A DNA stretch of 63,697 nucleotides, the filler included, from Choristocarpus tenellus KU-1152 (taxonomy: Eukaryota > Protista > Phaeophyceae), in NCBI GenBank assembly GCA_964200185.2. It is 11 parts of 11 records of this genome, joined end to end, with 100 filler letters (N's around TTAATTAATTAA, not from the genome) between each part and the next. Parts side by side here need not be neighbours in the genome. Positions count along the whole stretch, not along the records: positions 56,913 to 63,697 come from CAXNAD020007355.1; 10 more parts are not named here. One strand, given 5' to 3'. Positions 59,966 through 63,697 of the stretch are shown piece after piece. The notes under the pieces were generated by a model that saw nothing but the letters and a program-made list of their open reading frames with translations, was not told the DNA's origin and made no database searches. The translations under genes were made by a program, and so were the position numbers. Positions within the stretch are counted from its first letter, which is position 1. Every line of letters starts with the position of its first letter.

Positions 59966-62497
59966 ATGTCGATGACCGAGGCCGAGGCGATTAAGGATCT
60001 GGAGGCCGATGAGGTTGAGGACCTTCGAGAGGCATTCAGGAATTTCGACAAGGTTTGGTAATCTGCAGGCGGCTGTCATTTCTGGGGGCTCCCAGTCCTG
60101 ATCTTCTTACAACAACTTTGTGCGATGTCGGAGTTAAAATCTCGTCTCGGAAATAGGGATCACTGTGTTACCAACGTCTTTGACGTTATGCATAATATGT
60201 GGGCAAATGACTGGGGTCCATTCGAGAAAAAGGGGTACTGACCAGCGAGAAATGAACTGTATTACAAGGTTCAATTTCGTTCAAGGCTATGAAGAGTCGG
60301 GAAGTAGCCCCGATCTTCTTCTGGATGTGTCGAATTTTGGCCACATTAAATTTTGTTACAAAGGAAAATTGAACGGTGCCCGATGTCGGAATCTTCTTGG
60401 GGCACTTAAGTAAGGCCAACTACATGGTAACTATACTTGACTAGACCCACCAATATCATATACCATCCTTATCACCAGCCTCCGCTTGTAATCTCTTTAA
60501 TCATTGTCCAACCTAAGGATGGAAGCGGGGAAATCGACGAAGAGGAGCTGAGGACGGTCATGACCTCTTTGGGTTACAACCCGACCAACAAACAGCTGAA
60601 GGACATGATGGGGAAGGTGTGCAATCGTGTGTCGTTTGTGTTCTTATTACTTTTATATATAAGAATGGCAGTGGCGGGAAGATCTTGAGCTTGGCAGTAT
60701 CTCGTAGCAGAATTATCTTACTGAGCAGCATCATACATAGCACCGCATGACCCTTCGATATTTCTGCCGGAGTCAGGAAAAGGTGCTGCCGTCATTTCTG
60801 TGAATTTCTGCTGATCTGGTGGTGATTATATCATTATTGTGTAGGTTGATACTCATGAACATAGTTGCTCCTCCTCTCCCTAACCTTGTGCTCTCTTCGA
60901 AGTACTGCCCGTGCCGTTGTGGAAATATCATAAAAACCTATCGCGACTTGCGATGTTTTTTGTGGCTGTCATGATCTGTCTATATTCAAATATCGCTTAC
61001 ATTGTGACTTGATCATTTACGTACGATGGGTGTTAACTGACAACCACAGCCACCCAGAAGGGACTCAAGGTTCGGCTAACTTGGTCGATAAGCTCTAATT
61101 TATTATCATGAAATGGTTGAAAGTCCCATGTCGAGTCCCTCAATGTGGTGATAATCTAGAGCAGTTTGTTCGAGTACAGAGTGGATTGGCACCTAGCCGA
61201 TTTCACACTTACCACGCAATACTCATTTTTTGTGTTGCTCAAGAAAAAGAATCGTTTGAGTGACCCAGTAGCACACAATACTTGATCGTGCCCAACGATC
61301 GCTTACAGCTTTGCCACAACTTCCTCCTCCGACTCATTGAACTGGGTCTCAACCGTTATCATCTTCCGGGTTGGTGTGGGCGTGCTTCAGGTGGACCTTG
61401 ACGGTAATGGTCTCATCAGCTTTCCGGAGTTTGTTACCATGATGAGGAAGTGCAAGGTAGACACTGACTTCGATCGACAGATAAGGGAGGCGTTCAAGGT
61501 ATGTGTATGCATGCATGCCTGTGTGCACGTGTGGTGGTGTTCGGTATTTGCTTGTGTGGATCTCTATCTTGCGTGATCGTTATCCACTGCATTGATAGGA
61601 CAGTGTGAGACTGCGTTGTGACCAAGATGGTTGTGATAGATTGATAGATTAATTAACAATCGAAATCTGTCAAAATCTGTGCTTCTGAGTTGATATATTG
61701 TGTGCTGTTCCCCCCACTTCCTCCTGCGACCGTATGCCCTGGGTGGGAAATTGCTCAAGTAGTGCCGCTTCATTGTATATCGGAGTGTTGCAAAAAAAAT
61801 TTAGTACAGATTGTTGATATATTTCTATTGCTCACGGGTACCTTTCAACTGTGGTAGGGCTTGCAGTTGTGGGTGAAAGTAGGACCTTTGTGAACTACTG
61901 TGTTGAGTCCTAGACTAACCCAATGGTGTTTGGTAAATCAAGTAATACGCATTTGATTTTGCAATGCAATTTTCGTTTGAGTTTTGAAAAGAAAAAGAAT
62001 ACTCTCAAAAGAGTTGAACTGCGTCAATAATTGACTACTGGAGTAAATGTCCTTGAAATTATGTAACTTGACATGACAGCATCCTATCAATTCCTGTCAA
62101 TTGGAAGGTAAATTTCACCGGATGACACTAATCTATCTATCACAGTGTACCTGTGAGGAGGTGTACCAATAGCTATCCAGACCTAACCTTACAGTCTCTT
62201 TCACTACTACAGCGGCAAATCCTATTGAGGTATTTCAATATGATGTACAACCTCCCAAAAAGCAGTCGGTTCTTATTCTTAGAGACAGGACAACATACAA
62301 TTTACTTTGAAATCTAAGTCTATGTCTCTCCCTCGTACCCCAGGCTAAATGTGCAGTTTTTTGTTCAATTATTGAACAGAAGAGGGTAAAATGTTTTGTT
62401 TAAATATGGCATATTAGTTTACATGCTTTGACTTCCCCCCCCCCCCCCCCCCCCCCCAACCCCGGGGCCCCTTTTTTTTTTTTTTTTTTTTGTTTGT

Positions 62498-62533
<36 letters not shown>

Positions 62534-63231
62534 CTTGCTTATTTTTCTTGCTTTTGTCTGCCCTCCTGGGTTTGAATTGGTTGTCTTGTTGTTGTCTTGG
62601 CATAGGGTTAAGGTCCAATATGAAGTTTAGACTCGTCGCCTTGACCTTCTCCGTTGTATTTACTGTTCTGTTTTGATTTTCATGTTTATTCTCAACAGTT
62701 ACTTGTCAATTGTGGTTTCGTTTTTACTTCTGTTTTCCTGGGGTTTCTTTGTCAACAACAATAAAATAAAAAGAAACATCTTGCACGTTTCGCATGTAAA
62801 CCCTGGACATCCCTCCATACGGCTGCGAAAAATATTTTCATTTTTTTTCAGTCCGTTACCTTTTTTTAAACTTGATCTGTAAAACTGTTCGAATAGTTAA
62901 ATCAGCAAGATCGGTTCATCGCGCTCTGTGACTTTGAGAAGATTTTTTTTTTGTAAGAAACATGACATCATTCAAATTCAGATATATTTTTTTTGTAAGA
63001 ATTTTATCCCCACGGTGTCTGCTGCTGTAACTAACTTTCTTTAACTGTTTTTTATTTTATTTGGACTCTTTTTTTCTGAAGTTTTTTGACAAGGACGGGT
63101 CTGGTGCTATTGACCAAAAAGAATTGGGTGATATAATGCGCCAGCTGGGAGCGAAGCTGTCAGATGCAGAGATTGAATTGCTGGTGCAGGCGGCGGATGT
63201 GGATGGTGATGGACAGGTGGATATTAATGAG
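59966..63231 (+). CDS. Calmodulin-like protein with four EF-hands (last exon outside window)
   Basis: Exons 59966-60052, 60518-60616, 61391-61498 and 63082-63231, all phase 0. Loops [36 protein letters not shown] and [12 protein letters not shown]. The window ends on an acceptor-like tttttag. Confidence 0.95.
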
Positions 63232-63697
63232 GTGTGTGGAAGGGGGCTCCATGGTGAAACTATAGCAAGTGTTATCCCCAAGATCGGGGTGGTTGTCAGT
63301 AGCAGTGGATTGGCCCGACAACAGTACGTCAGTTTAAAAGAGTCAGTGATTGCGTCACTTGTGACATTCGTTTGTGTCCAAGAGTAAAATCGAGAGAGTA
63401 TGCACTGTTTGAAAGGTGTGATTGTTGTGTAGGTCTGGGGCTTGGCACTTGATGAAGTGGGGAGAGGGAAATGATTTTTGTTAGAATGGCTGATTGCTTG
63501 GTGTCGTGGAGTAGAAAAGGTGTTTAGTGTACCTATGGGTCAGGTTTTGTTTTTGGGGTTGGTGTTAATGCGGGGTGGATGTATTGGAGAGGGCGATGGG
63601 GGAGGGGGGGAAGGGAGGATGGTAGGATGGGAGTGTGTGATGGAAATGGAGAGTATTTGGATTCGCCTTGGGATTTTTTTTATTATCAGTTTTTTAG

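Overview
Eukaryotic nuclear DNA, most likely a brown alga or close ochrophyte relative. This is inferred from intron-rich GT-AG genes, a bipartite signal+transit presequence, TTAGGG repeats and the TE types. The window is not one locus. It is 11 short contigs joined by an artificial 100-nt linker (N44-TTAATTAATTAA-N44), so adjacency across linkers means nothing. Recognisable host genes, all partial: importin-9, a plastid-type RseP/M50 protease, type II 3-dehydroquinate synthase (last exon), a CREST-superfamily membrane protein, an EF-hand mitochondrial carrier, UTP18, YJU2/CWC16 and a 4-EF-hand calmodulin-like protein. About half the window is TE-derived: a near-complete but inactivated Ty3/gypsy pol, related LTRs (one followed by a tRNA-Gln-like PBS), a Ty1/copia gag-protease, REL-endonuclease and RTE-like non-LTR fragments, and two related MITE families with a CAAAGTATCT TIR core and 3-bp TSDs. 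The best leads are (1) a gypsy integrase tail with a chromo-like plus Tudor-like tandem, on an RT with a WLDD motif; (2) a ~340-bp element bounded by inverted telomeric arrays and AATT; (3) next to it, a TATA-driven, T-terminated, structured ~110-nt ncRNA candidate; and (4) the paired MITE families, one with G-tract TIRs. All calls are by eye; no searches were run.
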